Source: a virus. Taken from it: a stretch of DNA of 64,000 nucleotides. Numbering within the stretch: position 1 is the first letter of the stretch; the number at the start of each line of letters is the position of its first letter. Shown piece by piece: positions 45,563 to 55,534 of this stretch. Both the position numbers and the translations under genes were made by a program. Below the pieces are notes generated by a model that saw only the letters and a program-made list of their open reading frames with translations, searched no databases and was not told the DNA's origin. The stretch lies in IMG/VR virus record IMGVR_UViG_3300032287_003808, positions 67,435 to 131,434 of that record; one strand, given 5' to 3'.

Positions 45563-46725
45563 GCTTTAATAATATTATTTACTGTTTTAATTATAAATTT
45601 AATATCTTTTTCTGTCAAAAACAAATGAAGAGGTAAAGAAATTAATTCATCACTTGCTTTATGAGCATTAGGGCATGTACCAAAACCATAAGAATACATT
45701 TCATATTGAGTATTATCTTTATAATGTACTCCTGGGAATATACTATGGTTATTGAGATGTTCTAATACATTATCTCTGTTATTTACTCGTATTTGGTATA
45801 AATGTCTTGAAGATTGGCAATTTAGATTGTGACGGACTATTTTTATTTTAGAGTTATTCTTGAATCCTTCATCATACATCTCACATATTTCTCTTCTACG
45901 CTCATTATCTTCATCTAAGTATTTTAAACTAACTAACCCCATAGAAGCCATAATAGAATTACTATGTGCTTTAAACCCACAGTCTACAACATCATAATCC
46001 CACTTATAATTTCCTTTTTCATTAGTACGTTTAAAAGTATCTTTATCAATACCTAACCAAGATAATTTACGAGCTAAAGCATCATAATCACCGTTTTGAA
46101 AGCATATCATTCCTGAATCTGCTGTTGGTAGATTCTTTACCGCTTGGAAACTATAAACTGTTACATCTGCATCCCATCCTATTTGGATTTTGGAAGAACC
46201 CATACCATCAAAGATTTGGTCTACTTTTGTGCCAGCCATGTGAGCTGCGTCAAGAATAAACTTTAAGCCATTTTCTCTACAAAATTCTAATATTTCAAAA
46301 TATTGCCCTATGTTTCCTCCTATACCTACAAATAATACTGCTTTAGTTTTCTTAGTAATTTTAGATTTAACACTTTCTAGATCTAAACATAATTGATCAT
46401 CTACATCAGCAAATACTGGTTTTAGGTTATTATATACTATAGAATGATTTGAAGAAACAAATGTTAATGGAGTTGTAATTATTTCATCTCCATTTTTCCA
46501 TTTATTAGTGTCTTTTAAAATTTTAATAGCAATTTGTAAACCAACAGTATTTGAAGCTACATAATGAGCGTATGGTACATGAGCATATTTTTTAAATGCT
46601 TCCTCAAACTTATTAGTTTTAAACCCTAACCCAGTCCACCCTAAATCAAGACATTCTTCTATTTCTTGTAGTATTTCTTCTTTACGGTATTTAGGTTTAA
46701 ATAATTGAATAGGAGTATTTTCCAT
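45559..46725 (-). CDS. DegT/DnrJ/EryC1/StrS aminotransferase
   Basis: DAAH, SFQAVKNLPTADSG, SLPLH. Confidence 0.95.
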   Translation of the reverse strand: MENTPIQLFKPKYRKEEILQEIEECLDLGWTGLGFKTNKFEEAFKKYAHVPYAHYVASNTVGLQIAIKILKDTNKWKNGDEIITTPLTFVSSNHSIVYNNLKPVFADVDDQLCLDLESVKSKITKKTKAVLFVGIGGNIGQYFEILEFCRENGLKFILDAAHMAGTKVDQIFDGMGSSKIQIGWDADVTVYSFQAVKNLPTADSGMICFQNGDYDALARKLSWLGIDKDTFKRTNEKGNYKWDYDVVDCGFKAHSNSIMASMGLVSLKYLDEDNERRREICEMYDEGFKNNSKIKIVRHNLNCQSSRHLYQIRVNNRDNVLEHLNNHSIFPGVHYKDNTQYEMYSYGFGTCPNAHKASDELISLPLHLFLTEKDIKFIIKTVNNIIKA

Positions 46726-46727
46726 AA

Positions 46728-47375
46728 TTAAATAGTATCGTAATAACTGTTTTGTTTTTCTTGTTTATCAATTGTTTTAGGATGATATAGGGAAAATTCC
46801 TCTATAGCGGGTAATTGAGTCCAAGTTTTAAATCCATCTAAACGCTCATGAACTTTATTTACCCATTTTATCTCCGGTTTATTTCTCCAAATACGCCATT
46901 GGTAATCAGGCCAATTAACCCATTCTTCTTCACTTAATCTCCATCCCCATTTTTGGATATGTTCTTGAGTCAAGCCTTCTACTGTATTAACTCTCGGCAC
47001 TTGAAGCACCTCACATTCAGGATTGTCTTCTAACATTAAGTGTAGTATCTTAATTAAATTTTCATTTGGTACCTCATCAGCATCAATTTGAAAAATATAA
47101 TCACCAGTACATGCTTTGGTTAGATGGTTTTTAAACGCTCCAAAATCATTATTTAATGGATAAAATACAACTCGAATATTACCTTGTGTATTATGTTTCA
47201 TAAGGTAAACATGTACTTGACTTTTATCCTCAGGATGATTTTTCATATCATCCACAGTCAAATCCATTTGAACTACAATCTCATCTTGAGGTCGTTTATG
47301 TTTAAGTAAAAAATTTAACAGTCGTTGAATCTCTATAAATTCATTACAGACTGTAACCGCGTAACTAATTTTCAT
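46728..47375 (-). CDS. glycosyltransferase family 2
   Basis: IDADE, PDYQWR, KVHE. Confidence 0.88.
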   Translation of the reverse strand: MKISYAVTVCNEFIEIQRLLNFLLKHKRPQDEIVVQMDLTVDDMKNHPEDKSQVHVYLMKHNTQGNIRVVFYPLNNDFGAFKNHLTKACTGDYIFQIDADEVPNENLIKILHLMLEDNPECEVLQVPRVNTVEGLTQEHIQKWGWRLSEEEWVNWPDYQWRIWRNKPEIKWVNKVHERLDGFKTWTQLPAIEEFSLYHPKTIDKQEKQNSYYDTI

Positions 47376-47413
47376 ATAACTTTAATATATTAAGGATTTT
47401 TTTAAAGGACAAG

Positions 47414-47863
47414 TTATTCTGGGAGTACTCCTATATAACTTAAAGCTTCAATATAGTCACGCTCAGGGAATATTTTCATATTAGGCATATCCATTTTATG
47501 AGTTTGTAATTTGCCCATAACTTCTTTTCTATCTTCTTCAGGCACTTCAACAGCTTTAACAGCTCCCCACCCCCAGTTTTGAGCATTTTGACCATATGCA
47601 AATACCATACCTTGCTCAGGATGATTGATGGTGTTTGGAATCCAAATTAAACCAGTTTCAGAATCAGTCCAAGCTAAATCTTTATACAACTCAGGCAACG
47701 TTTCCATCTGTTGTTGAAAAAATTCATGTTCTTCTGTCATTAATGAATTAGTCCAAAAACCACAAGATAGACTCATGTAATTATAAATCTCAGGAGCAAC
47801 TTGTACTTTATAACACAAGTCACCTCCTGATTTAGGGCAGTTAATTATTTCTTCGTTTTGCAT
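47414..47863 (-). CDS. hypothetical protein
   Basis: Own promoter. Confidence 0.75.
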   Translation of the reverse strand: MQNEEIINCPKSGGDLCYKVQVAPEIYNYMSLSCGFWTNSLMTEEHEFFQQQMETLPELYKDLAWTDSETGLIWIPNTINHPEQGMVFAYGQNAQNWGWGAVKAVEVPEEDRKEVMGKLQTHKMDMPNMKIFPERDYIEALSYIGVLPE

Positions 47864-49125
47864 TATGCTTCTACTTTTTTAAGTGTTGGTAATTTTAATT
47901 CAACTTGTTTAGGAAATTCAGGTATACGTTCAGTTAAAACAACATCTAATTTTTCTTTCATCGCTTCAAATGAAAAATTAGTTCTTGAATGATACCCTTG
48001 ACGTTTTGCTTTCTCAAAATATGGTTTATAATTTTCAAACATATCTTTCAAATAATGTCCTACATGACCATAATCAACACTAAACCATTGTGCTTCTTTT
48101 AACAACATATTGTTAGCAGCTGATGGATGTATGTTTGTCATTTGACCTTGTAACAATGTTGTAAACTCTGGGTTTAGATAATCTGTATGGCCGCTCCAGT
48201 TTGTTGTAATAATTGGTTTATTCGTGAGTGAAAATTCAAGTAATGGGCGACCAAATCCTTCCCCTTTAGTTAAATTAATCATTGCTTTAACTTTAGAATG
48301 ATTATAAATCTCATTCATTTCAACATCTGTAAATTCACCATGCAGCAAATAAACATTTGGTAAGTTGTTTGATTTAACAGTGGATTTAATAATTGATATT
48401 TTCTTTAAGATCTCATCTCTATCCATATATGAAGCACCTACTTGAGTAGTCTTCAAAATTAAAGCAGGTTTTTTACTTTTATTTTTAAACGTTTCATAAA
48501 ACGCTTTAATTAATAAACCTACATTCTTTCTATCCTCACCCATTTGACCTTGCATCCAATGACCTACAAACAAATAAGCAAAATCTTCTTTAATATTAGA
48601 TAAATCAAATTCTGATTTTACGGGTTTATATACTTCAGTGTTTGCACCTTCAAACATAACCTCACTATCACCTTTCCATTCAATATGCCCTACTACTTGG
48701 TTAGTATTTTGATCACGTTTCTCAAATTTACTTTCCTTTAATACCTTAATAGTATGTTCAGAAGAACCTAAAATTAAATTCATCCTACTGCAACCTTCAA
48801 TCCATTCAGCAGGCGCAATTGTTGATTCAATACCTGCTGTACATCCAATATTATATTTTCCTACTGGTTGGAATTCATTTGGTACTGTAATTTGCATCCA
48901 AATTTCAGGTTGTGCTGTTAATTGTTGGGTAAAATGTTTATTTAAAAACTCCCACTCAGTATTCTCTTTAATAAAACCAAATGGAGTATTTCCCCACCGT
49001 TGTGGTATTATCTTTACATCATATTTATCTAATTCAATAATTGCTTTAACAATATCTCGTGATCGTGCTCCGTACCCACTATAAGTGTCAATTGGGCAAC
49101 TAATTACAAATGTTGGTTTACTCAT
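47863..49125 (-). CDS. glycosyltransferase family 4 (GT-B)
   Basis: SGYG, RKN, GEGFGRPLLE, NWSGH. Confidence 0.9.
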   Translation of the reverse strand: MSKPTFVISCPIDTYSGYGARSRDIVKAIIELDKYDVKIIPQRWGNTPFGFIKENTEWEFLNKHFTQQLTAQPEIWMQITVPNEFQPVGKYNIGCTAGIESTIAPAEWIEGCSRMNLILGSSEHTIKVLKESKFEKRDQNTNQVVGHIEWKGDSEVMFEGANTEVYKPVKSEFDLSNIKEDFAYLFVGHWMQGQMGEDRKNVGLLIKAFYETFKNKSKKPALILKTTQVGASYMDRDEILKKISIIKSTVKSNNLPNVYLLHGEFTDVEMNEIYNHSKVKAMINLTKGEGFGRPLLEFSLTNKPIITTNWSGHTDYLNPEFTTLLQGQMTNIHPSAANNMLLKEAQWFSVDYGHVGHYLKDMFENYKPYFEKAKRQGYHSRTNFSFEAMKEKLDVVLTERIPEFPKQVELKLPTLKKVEA

Positions 49126-49376
49126 ATAACTTGTTTTAATTTAATTTCAGGTATAAATTCAGTTGGATTTTGTACATATTCATATTGATCAAGTTCATCT
49201 TCATGTAAACATATAAGTTCAATAGTATCTTGTCCATTTTTTATAAAGGCAAATAAAATAATTTCTCCCGGTCTAATATTTCTCCCAGAAGTATATGTTT
49301 TAAGAGTTACTTTTTTAAGTGCTTCTTGGGTAACTATTTTATTCTCTGTAAGTTGTTGTGTAAAATACTCTCTCAT
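49122..49376 (-). CDS. hypothetical protein
   Basis: ORF in operon. Confidence 0.65.
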   Translation of the reverse strand: MREYFTQQLTENKIVTQEALKKVTLKTYTSGRNIRPGEIILFAFIKNGQDTIELICLHEDELDQYEYVQNPTEFIPEIKLKQVI

Positions 49377-49377
49377 C

Positions 49378-50820
49378 TTAATATAACAATTCGTGTTTAA
49401 TAGTATCTTCTTTTACCTCATTACAGTTGATTAACTCATATTTTTCGCGTGGAGTCCACGTGTTAAATAATTTATCTATCGCGTTAATCGCTCTATTTCC
49501 CATAGCCTCTCCTGTAAATCCTGCCTCATTCAAAGCCCACTCTCTGCCTTTCTCACCACACTCTTTTCTCTCTTCACGAGTAAAATTTGTATATAACTCA
49601 ATCAAATGCTCAGTAGCATCCTCAGGTCGACATCTGTCATCAAAAATATAAGGTGTTTTAGGCGAACCTTGAATCGAGCGATTAGTTGGATAAACCGGAA
49701 ACGCCCATTGACCATGTTTTGTATACTTACCAGTATGGTTAGAAGGAATCTCAGGTGTTGGATTATACCAATTACCATCTTCATCTTCAAAACGCATTTG
49801 ATCTTGCATTCCACCTGTTACATTTGCAATAATAACAGTTCCTGCCAAAATCGCTTCCGTTAACGATAGACCCCATCCTTCATTTGATGTTAACAAAATT
49901 TGGGCATCAGCAATATTATACAACATATTTAACTGTTGTGATGAAAGTTTATTTACTGAAAAATAAATTGCATCTGGGTAGTCTTGGAATAATATTTTTC
50001 TTACTGCTTCTAAATCAGTTCCATGATCACTTACTACTTCTGTATGAAGTACTAAAGCACATTTATCAGCTTTTTCTTTTGGTAAACGATCTAAAAAGTA
50101 ACGAAACGCAAGCATTGTATCCGGAATTTGTTTTCTACGAATGTTTCTTGAATTAAAAAACACTACAAAATCCTTCTCATCATTTCCAAACAAATTAGCT
50201 CTAAATTGCTCTAATTCTTTTAACTCATTTTCCTCTTTAATCGGATAAAAATGTTGCTCATTCAATCCATGAGGTACATACTCAATAACTTTATTTTTTG
50301 CTTTCTCACCCAAAACCAACTCATTAATAAGTTTCGTTTGTTTCGAAATTGCTAATAACGCATCACATGATTCGTAAAACGCTTTGTTATACAACGGCGC
50401 CGGATAATCATCCCAAATATTCAAATAAATAATTGGACATTGTTTTCTAATTTCATTTTCAATTGAAAACAACCACTCAAAATATCTTGGATCCGTAATC
50501 AACATAATAGCATCTGGTTTTTCCAGTTGCATCATATGTCTAATTAACTCAGGTGATCCATAACCATCAGTTGGATACATAAATACAGATGAATCTTCAA
50601 TCCCTGCATTTGCATTAGTGTCTGCTGATAAATCAAGGTGTTTACCTTTTTCTGGGTGTTGAATTGCTCCTGCAATGTTTACCCAATTAAAATGATGACA
50701 TGTGTTGATTACTAGTTCACGTGCTACTGTTGCTACACCTGAATGTACTCTAATGTCGTCACAAATTAATAGGATTTTCTTTCTTTGTTCTTTGGGTAGA
50801 TAACTAAATTTTTCTTTCAT
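49378..50820 (-). CDS. glycosyltransferase family 4 (GT-B)
   Basis: VPHG, RNIRRK, EGWGLSLTEA, TGG. Confidence 0.9.
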   Translation of the reverse strand: MKEKFSYLPKEQRKKILLICDDIRVHSGVATVARELVINTCHHFNWVNIAGAIQHPEKGKHLDLSADTNANAGIEDSSVFMYPTDGYGSPELIRHMMQLEKPDAIMLITDPRYFEWLFSIENEIRKQCPIIYLNIWDDYPAPLYNKAFYESCDALLAISKQTKLINELVLGEKAKNKVIEYVPHGLNEQHFYPIKEENELKELEQFRANLFGNDEKDFVVFFNSRNIRRKQIPDTMLAFRYFLDRLPKEKADKCALVLHTEVVSDHGTDLEAVRKILFQDYPDAIYFSVNKLSSQQLNMLYNIADAQILLTSNEGWGLSLTEAILAGTVIIANVTGGMQDQMRFEDEDGNWYNPTPEIPSNHTGKYTKHGQWAFPVYPTNRSIQGSPKTPYIFDDRCRPEDATEHLIELYTNFTREERKECGEKGREWALNEAGFTGEAMGNRAINAIDKLFNTWTPREKYELINCNEVKEDTIKHELLY

Positions 50821-50854
50821 AATTAATTTTCAATAACTTGTTCAATATAATGTT

Positions 50855-51052
50855 TTAATCTTCGGACTCCAAACTTAAGTCACTATGATTGTGAACTTTT
50901 TTTCTAAAGTCTTCATCTGTTAGATACAAATGGATTGCTCGCTCCGATAATTTTTGGAATGAGAACTTGCGTTTAATACATTCAATTTTAAAATTTTCAA
51001 ATAACTCGTTGTCTATTTTGACACTTGTTAATGTTTGGTTTTTTTCACTCAT
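50855..51052 (-). CDS. small ribbon-helix-helix-like regulator
   Basis: LTSVKIDNELFENFKIEC; likely start MSEKNQ. Confidence 0.6.
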   Translation of the reverse strand: MSEKNQTLTSVKIDNELFENFKIECIKRKFSFQKLSERAIHLYLTDEDFRKKVHNHSDLSLESED

Positions 51053-51092
51053 AATATTTAATTTAGTATTATCGTATATACGTATGTAGGGA

Positions 51093-52037
51093 TTATGGGT
51101 AGGTCGCAGAGCAAAGATGAGTTTTAAAAAATAGACACCATTTGCAATTATCATTTATTTTAGGTTGATGCTCTATTTTTTTATAACCATTCTCATCAAA
51201 CGCGTCTTCTATGAATTTATTCATTGCTTCTGCTGCTTTCTTTATTTTAATTTTCCCGGCCGCAGGTTTAAAGATTTGGATTCGTTTGATTACAAAATCT
51301 TCACTTTCATATAATTTTCTTTTTACAATAAAGAATTCTACGTTGATATTTTCTTCGGGGAAGTTAAAATATTGGGAAAAATATTTTTTATAAAATATAA
51401 GTTGGAATTGTTTGATTTCGTCTTTCTTTTGTTTATCATTCCATCCTCTAGTAGATGTTTTTAAATCTAAGATTTTAATCGTGTTTGTAGGTTCATGGTA
51501 CATTACTATATCTAAGTACCCTTGATAAACTACATTTTGTAATTTAGAATGTGGAGAAAGTACAATAGGTACTTCTACTCCTACTAAATACCAACCTCGT
51601 TTAGAAAAATGTTTTGTTTTATTCTTTGCAAAATCTCTTATGATTTCAATCCCATCATCATAAAATTCTCTTAACTCATCTGGTGAACTAAAATGCTGCT
51701 TATTATTAGCAGCGTATTGTTTAGTGTATTCTCCTCGTAATACGTCTTCAAACATTTCAGATGTATTGATTTGATCTGCTTTAGTTCCACTTTGCTCATA
51801 CATTACAGTTAAATAATGTTGTATTACTTCATGGAGTGCGGTTCCGAATACTGTATGGATAGTTGATGTGAATTGTTTATGTCCTTCAACATATTGTAGA
51901 GACCATTTTTTAGGGCATTCACTATACATTGAGAATTGAGAATACGAAACAGATTTTTCACTTGCCCAATCTATGTCACGTTTAATTTTATTGCGAATAT
52001 CTTTCACAATTTGAGGAATAACCTTTTTCTTTGCCAT
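51093..52037 (-). CDS. PD-(D/E)XK nuclease (RecB/Cas4-like)
   Basis: SYSQ..CP, FGTALH, GYLD, LDLKT, QL..Y, CKWC..C. Confidence 0.88.
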   Translation of the reverse strand: MAKKKVIPQIVKDIRNKIKRDIDWASEKSVSYSQFSMYSECPKKWSLQYVEGHKQFTSTIHTVFGTALHEVIQHYLTVMYEQSGTKADQINTSEMFEDVLRGEYTKQYAANNKQHFSSPDELREFYDDGIEIIRDFAKNKTKHFSKRGWYLVGVEVPIVLSPHSKLQNVVYQGYLDIVMYHEPTNTIKILDLKTSTRGWNDKQKKDEIKQFQLIFYKKYFSQYFNFPEENINVEFFIVKRKLYESEDFVIKRIQIFKPAAGKIKIKKAAEAMNKFIEDAFDENGYKKIEHQPKINDNCKWCLFFKTHLCSATYP

Positions 52038-52075
52038 AACCTTAATATATGAAAATCTTATTAATTTTCCAAGGA

Positions 52076-52138
52076 AAAAGAAACCCCCACGATAGCGACG
52101 TTGGGGGCTTCGCCGTTACAGTTTTGTAACGGTCCTAA
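52076..52138 (-). terminator. double hairpin plus terminator
   Basis: CCGTTACA-AAAC-TGTAACGG, then CCCCCA..TGGGGG-TTTCTTTT. Confidence 0.75.
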
Positions 52139-52144
52139 ATATTC

Positions 52145-52450
52145 TTAAATGTTTTGAAGCATTTGTTCTAATTTCATTGCCTCTTCTTGAGAAAGACCAG
52201 GGTAAGCAGACATTAAATCTTCTACATCATATCCACGTCTATCACCTAATAAATCTTCATCTTTAAACATTTGAAATAATTCTTCAGCTGTTTCAGCTTC
52301 ACCTGGTTCAGCATAGTCATTTGGGTCGATTGGTTCTTGGTAACCATAATAATCTTCAGGGTCGCCTTCCATTTCTTTTAGTTTAACAGCATATTGACTT
52401 TCAGTAATAATACCTGCTAACATTTGCATTCTAAGAGTTTCTTTATCCAT
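52145..52450 (-). CDS. acidic protein with N-terminal RMQMLAGIITE tag
   Basis: Motif shared with 52699 and 59905. Confidence 0.75.
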   Translation of the reverse strand: MDKETLRMQMLAGIITESQYAVKLKEMEGDPEDYYGYQEPIDPNDYAEPGEAETAEELFQMFKDEDLLGDRRGYDVEDLMSAYPGLSQEEAMKLEQMLQNI

Positions 52451-52456
52451 TTTAAT

Positions 52457-52693
52457 TTATTTTATGATTCCTGCTCGAACTAACATTATTCTACGCTCAG
52501 CTAACTCTTCTTGTGTGCTTCCGATTATAGCGTTATAATCGTCCATAGTTAATATTTTACCAGATGTTGATAATGATATAATGTTTTCTGCTATGTCATG
52601 TAGATCCATATCACCAGTTGCGTCTTCTCTAGCATATTCTAGAAGGCGAATAAATAAAGGGACGTCTACGGTGATTATGTCTTTTGGGTTCAT
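52457..52693 (-). CDS. protein with C-terminal RAGIIK tag
   Basis: DVPLFIRLLEYAREDA; ERRIMLVRAGIIK. Confidence 0.75.
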   Translation of the reverse strand: MNPKDIITVDVPLFIRLLEYAREDATGDMDLHDIAENIISLSTSGKILTMDDYNAIIGSTQEELAERRIMLVRAGIIK

Positions 52694-52698
52694 TATTT

Positions 52699-53436
52699 TT
52701 ATCTTAATTTGCTTAAGAAAGCTTGTAATTTTTCTGGGTTGCTAGTGAAGTATTTTTCTCCGCCTTCTCCTTTAAGTCTGCTTTTAATAGACATAGCAAT
52801 ATTCTTTGGACCCTCAGGTGAAAGTAAATACTCACCAAATTCAATCATTTCATCATTTCCTTTTTGGGAGAATTCAAATGTTTGGAGTATTTTATCTACA
52901 GTAGTTCCTACTGTATTTTCATCTAACGGAGTCTTTTCTAATGCTATTTCTTCTAAATCTTTTTCATCTTCCATTTCTTCAGTTAATGAAGTACCTTTTG
53001 CATAATGTTCAAATGCAAGCTCATAATCTGATTTTTCACGGTCAAAGATATTTCCAACCATTCCCATACCAACGAAATTTTCGTTTAGTGGTTTTTTAGT
53101 AATTTCTTCTAATTTCGCCTTGTATTCGCTTTCTGTGATTACGCCGGAAAGCATTTGCATGCGTAAAGTTTCTTTGTTCATTTTGTTTTCTTTTATTGAG
53201 TTAGTTTTTTCAAAATATTGCATATCAAAAGGGACATCATTTCCTTCTTCATCTACAAATGAATTGCCTTCTTTATCTCCTATAGTTCCTTGAGGAATAT
53301 AAAGTTCTGCCCCTTCATAGTTGCCTGGGTTATCATATCCTTCAGCATCCGGGACTACTCTTCCTTTTAGGCCTGGGTAGTCGCTCCAATCTTGGATATA
53401 GTACCAATCTACTAATGATTTGTATGTTTCGTTCAT
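52699..53436 (-). CDS. acidic protein with internal RMQMLSGVITE tag
   Basis: TATTTATA upstream; internal Met at 53181. Confidence 0.75.
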   Translation of the reverse strand: MNETYKSLVDWYYIQDWSDYPGLKGRVVPDAEGYDNPGNYEGAELYIPQGTIGDKEGNSFVDEEGNDVPFDMQYFEKTNSIKENKMNKETLRMQMLSGVITESEYKAKLEEITKKPLNENFVGMGMVGNIFDREKSDYELAFEHYAKGTSLTEEMEDEKDLEEIALEKTPLDENTVGTTVDKILQTFEFSQKGNDEMIEFGEYLLSPEGPKNIAMSIKSRLKGEGGEKYFTSNPEKLQAFLSKLR

Positions 53437-53457
53437 TTTAGTGTTTTATTATAAATA

Positions 53458-53709
53458 TTATATTCCTTTTGTCTCTATAATTTTCTTTAATTTTTCCAAG
53501 TATAATATAGCGTCCATATGTTCTTGTTTAGCATGTTCGATCCATTCTAAAACGCTTAAATCTTCACGGTCTAAATCTACTCCATATTTTGTTTTGCCAA
53601 ATGATGCTCTTTCAACAAATTGGTCAATAATTGAATCTACAACTGAGTCTGTTTTTTGGATGTGCCTGTACTCTGTTAGTACAGTTCTTTGAGCATTATC
53701 GTGTTCCAT
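53458..53709 (-). CDS. helical MazG-like/NTP pyrophosphatase-like protein
   Basis: GKTKYG..DL..EW.EHA.QE..DAILYL. Confidence 0.55.
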   Translation of the reverse strand: MEHDNAQRTVLTEYRHIQKTDSVVDSIIDQFVERASFGKTKYGVDLDREDLSVLEWIEHAKQEHMDAILYLEKLKKIIETKGI

Positions 53710-54137
53710 TATTTCAATAACTTTTTAATTTCTTTTTCTTCTATCCCCATATCGTATAGTACTCTTCTTGTACCTACTTCTCTTAAAATGTCAATATATT
53801 CTTCTGCTTCACCTAAACCACATTCAAAATGTTTAGCTACATATTCTACTAAAGCGGTTGGTTTTTTGTCTTTTTTACTTTTAAGATACTTTAAAAAGGT
53901 TTTAGTTTTAGGAATCATCTCTCTATAAATTTGATATAGTTGTTGTTTGTTATCGTATGGGGTAGTTTGGACATAATTTACAAGCTCAATATAACGTATA
54001 TCCATCGATACGTATCGATTTATTATATAAGAGTTCCATTTATCCCACGATTCTTCCGAGATGTCTTCAATAGGGGTTTTATGGAGGGTGATTTCATTTA
54101 ACCACCCCCATAAATCCTTTATTTGTTTTTTATTCAC
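53709..54137 (-). CDS. clamp loader small subunit (gp62-like)
   Basis: YIINRYVSM motif; near the gp44-like gene. Confidence 0.65.
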   Translation of the reverse strand: MNKKQIKDLWGWLNEITLHKTPIEDISEESWDKWNSYIINRYVSMDIRYIELVNYVQTTPYDNKQQLYQIYREMIPKTKTFLKYLKSKKDKKPTALVEYVAKHFECGLGEAEEYIDILREVGTRRVLYDMGIEEKEIKKLLK

Positions 54138-54370
54138 AGAGCAATATCTTTATATTCTTCTCTTAATTCCGGTGGAAGCGAGTCGATCAAGATTTTCTTT
54201 GTTTCCAAATCATAAAATACAGGGATTGGAATCATAGCATCTTCTTCAGCTCCAACTAGAAACTTAGAAATTTTACGAATTAGGACTGCTTGTCCAAACA
54301 AATGATTCCCATCAAATCCTACAACCGGAGTTGTTTGAGTGAAATCGATACTTAATTGTGGTTTTTCCAT
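54134..54370 (-). CDS. hypothetical protein
   Basis: LIRKISKFL..IPIPVF. Confidence 0.75.
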   Translation of the reverse strand: MEKPQLSIDFTQTTPVVGFDGNHLFGQAVLIRKISKFLVGAEEDAMIPIPVFYDLETKKILIDSLPPELREEYKDIAL

Positions 54371-54380
54371 TGTTTATTTA

Positions 54381-54584
54381 TTATTTATTTGTTTTCTCTT
54401 TTTTATATTCTATAAAATCATGTATAAATCCTGCTGCAACTATTAAATTCATTCCAACTGAGGCTAATATTTCATATATATCTTCATACACATTTGTGCT
54501 TAGGTGGATATGTCCTACCATCCAAAATGGTATAGATAAATTCTGTGATACCCAAGATAATGTATATTTTAAGAAATATTTCAT
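54381..54584 (-). CDS. small membrane protein
   Basis: Coupled ORF. Confidence 0.65.
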   Translation of the reverse strand: MKYFLKYTLSWVSQNLSIPFWMVGHIHLSTNVYEDIYEILASVGMNLIVAAGFIHDFIEYKKEKTNK

Positions 54585-55489
54585 ATTGCATCTATAATCT
54601 TTGCTATTGCAGACATTATATTAATTTCTTTATCAATTCTAAAATTTGCTTGGTATAAATGTTCGTTCAATATAATTGCAACTATACCTTCTTTTCCAGG
54701 TGCATATTTTGAACTATGTTCAAATAATGAGCGATACAATTCTTCAAAATCTTTTGTATTTGAGTCTGCTATAATTTGTCGAATAGTAAGCCATTTTTTA
54801 TTACCCATCAACTCCTTTAATACTTCTTTAATATAATTATTTGATATTAAAACTGTTTTATCTAGTTGAACATAATCATCTTTTACAGACATTTGTATCA
54901 CATTCAACATTTTTCTCATATCGGGATAATGTTGTACAATTAATGTTTTAATATCTTCAGGTGTGTAAGATAATTCTAATTGGTTTGTTAAAATCCAAGT
55001 TAAATGATGATATACATCTGTTTTAGTTGGAGGAACAATTTTAAGTACCTGGCATCTAGATTGTAAAGGATCAATAATTCGCTCTATGAAATTGCAAGTT
55101 AAAATAAAGCGTGTTGAGCGAGAAAATGTTTCAATTACGTTTCGTAGAGCTGCTTGTCCTTGAATTGTAATAAAATCTGCTTCATCTAATATTACTACTT
55201 TGATACCTTTCCAAGATGCAGCACTTGCAAATCCCTTTACTTTCTCTCTAATAGTATCAATTCCGTTTTCATCAGATGCGTTAATATAAAGATAATCACA
55301 ATCAAGATTTTTAACGATAATTTTTGCTAATGTAGTTTTACCTGTGCCTGCGGGGCCGTAAAAGATAAAGTTTTGAATATCACCTTGATCAAGGTATTTT
55401 TGGATTGTGTCTTTAACGTTTTCGTTTCCAACATAATATTTAAGTTCAGTAGGGCGAAAACGCTCTACATATAACGTATTTTCTTTCAT
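54581..55489 (-). CDS. clamp loader AAA+ subunit (RFC/gp44-like)
   Basis: ERFRP, GPAGTGKT, NASD, LDEAD, SRC. Confidence 0.95.
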   Translation of the reverse strand: MKENTLYVERFRPTELKYYVGNENVKDTIQKYLDQGDIQNFIFYGPAGTGKTTLAKIIVKNLDCDYLYINASDENGIDTIREKVKGFASAASWKGIKVVILDEADFITIQGQAALRNVIETFSRSTRFILTCNFIERIIDPLQSRCQVLKIVPPTKTDVYHHLTWILTNQLELSYTPEDIKTLIVQHYPDMRKMLNVIQMSVKDDYVQLDKTVLISNNYIKEVLKELMGNKKWLTIRQIIADSNTKDFEELYRSLFEHSSKYAPGKEGIVAIILNEHLYQANFRIDKEINIMSAIAKIIDAI

Positions 55490-55502
55490 AACCTTAATAT
55501 AA

Positions 55503-55530
55503 GAAAAAAGCTTGTCATAGACAAGCTTCT
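55503..55530 (-). terminator. terminator embedded in promoter
   Basis: AAGCTTGTC-N3-GACAAGCTT followed by TTTT; same stem at 59859-59880. Confidence 0.75.
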
Positions 55531-55534
55531 TAAT

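Noticed and set aside
49602-49814. Minus-strand ORF nested in the GT4 gene
   Set aside because: Alternative frame inside a well-supported glycosyltransferase
51093-52037. Cas4 as part of a CRISPR system
   Set aside because: A stand-alone PD-(D/E)XK nuclease, common in phage replication modules; no array or other cas genes
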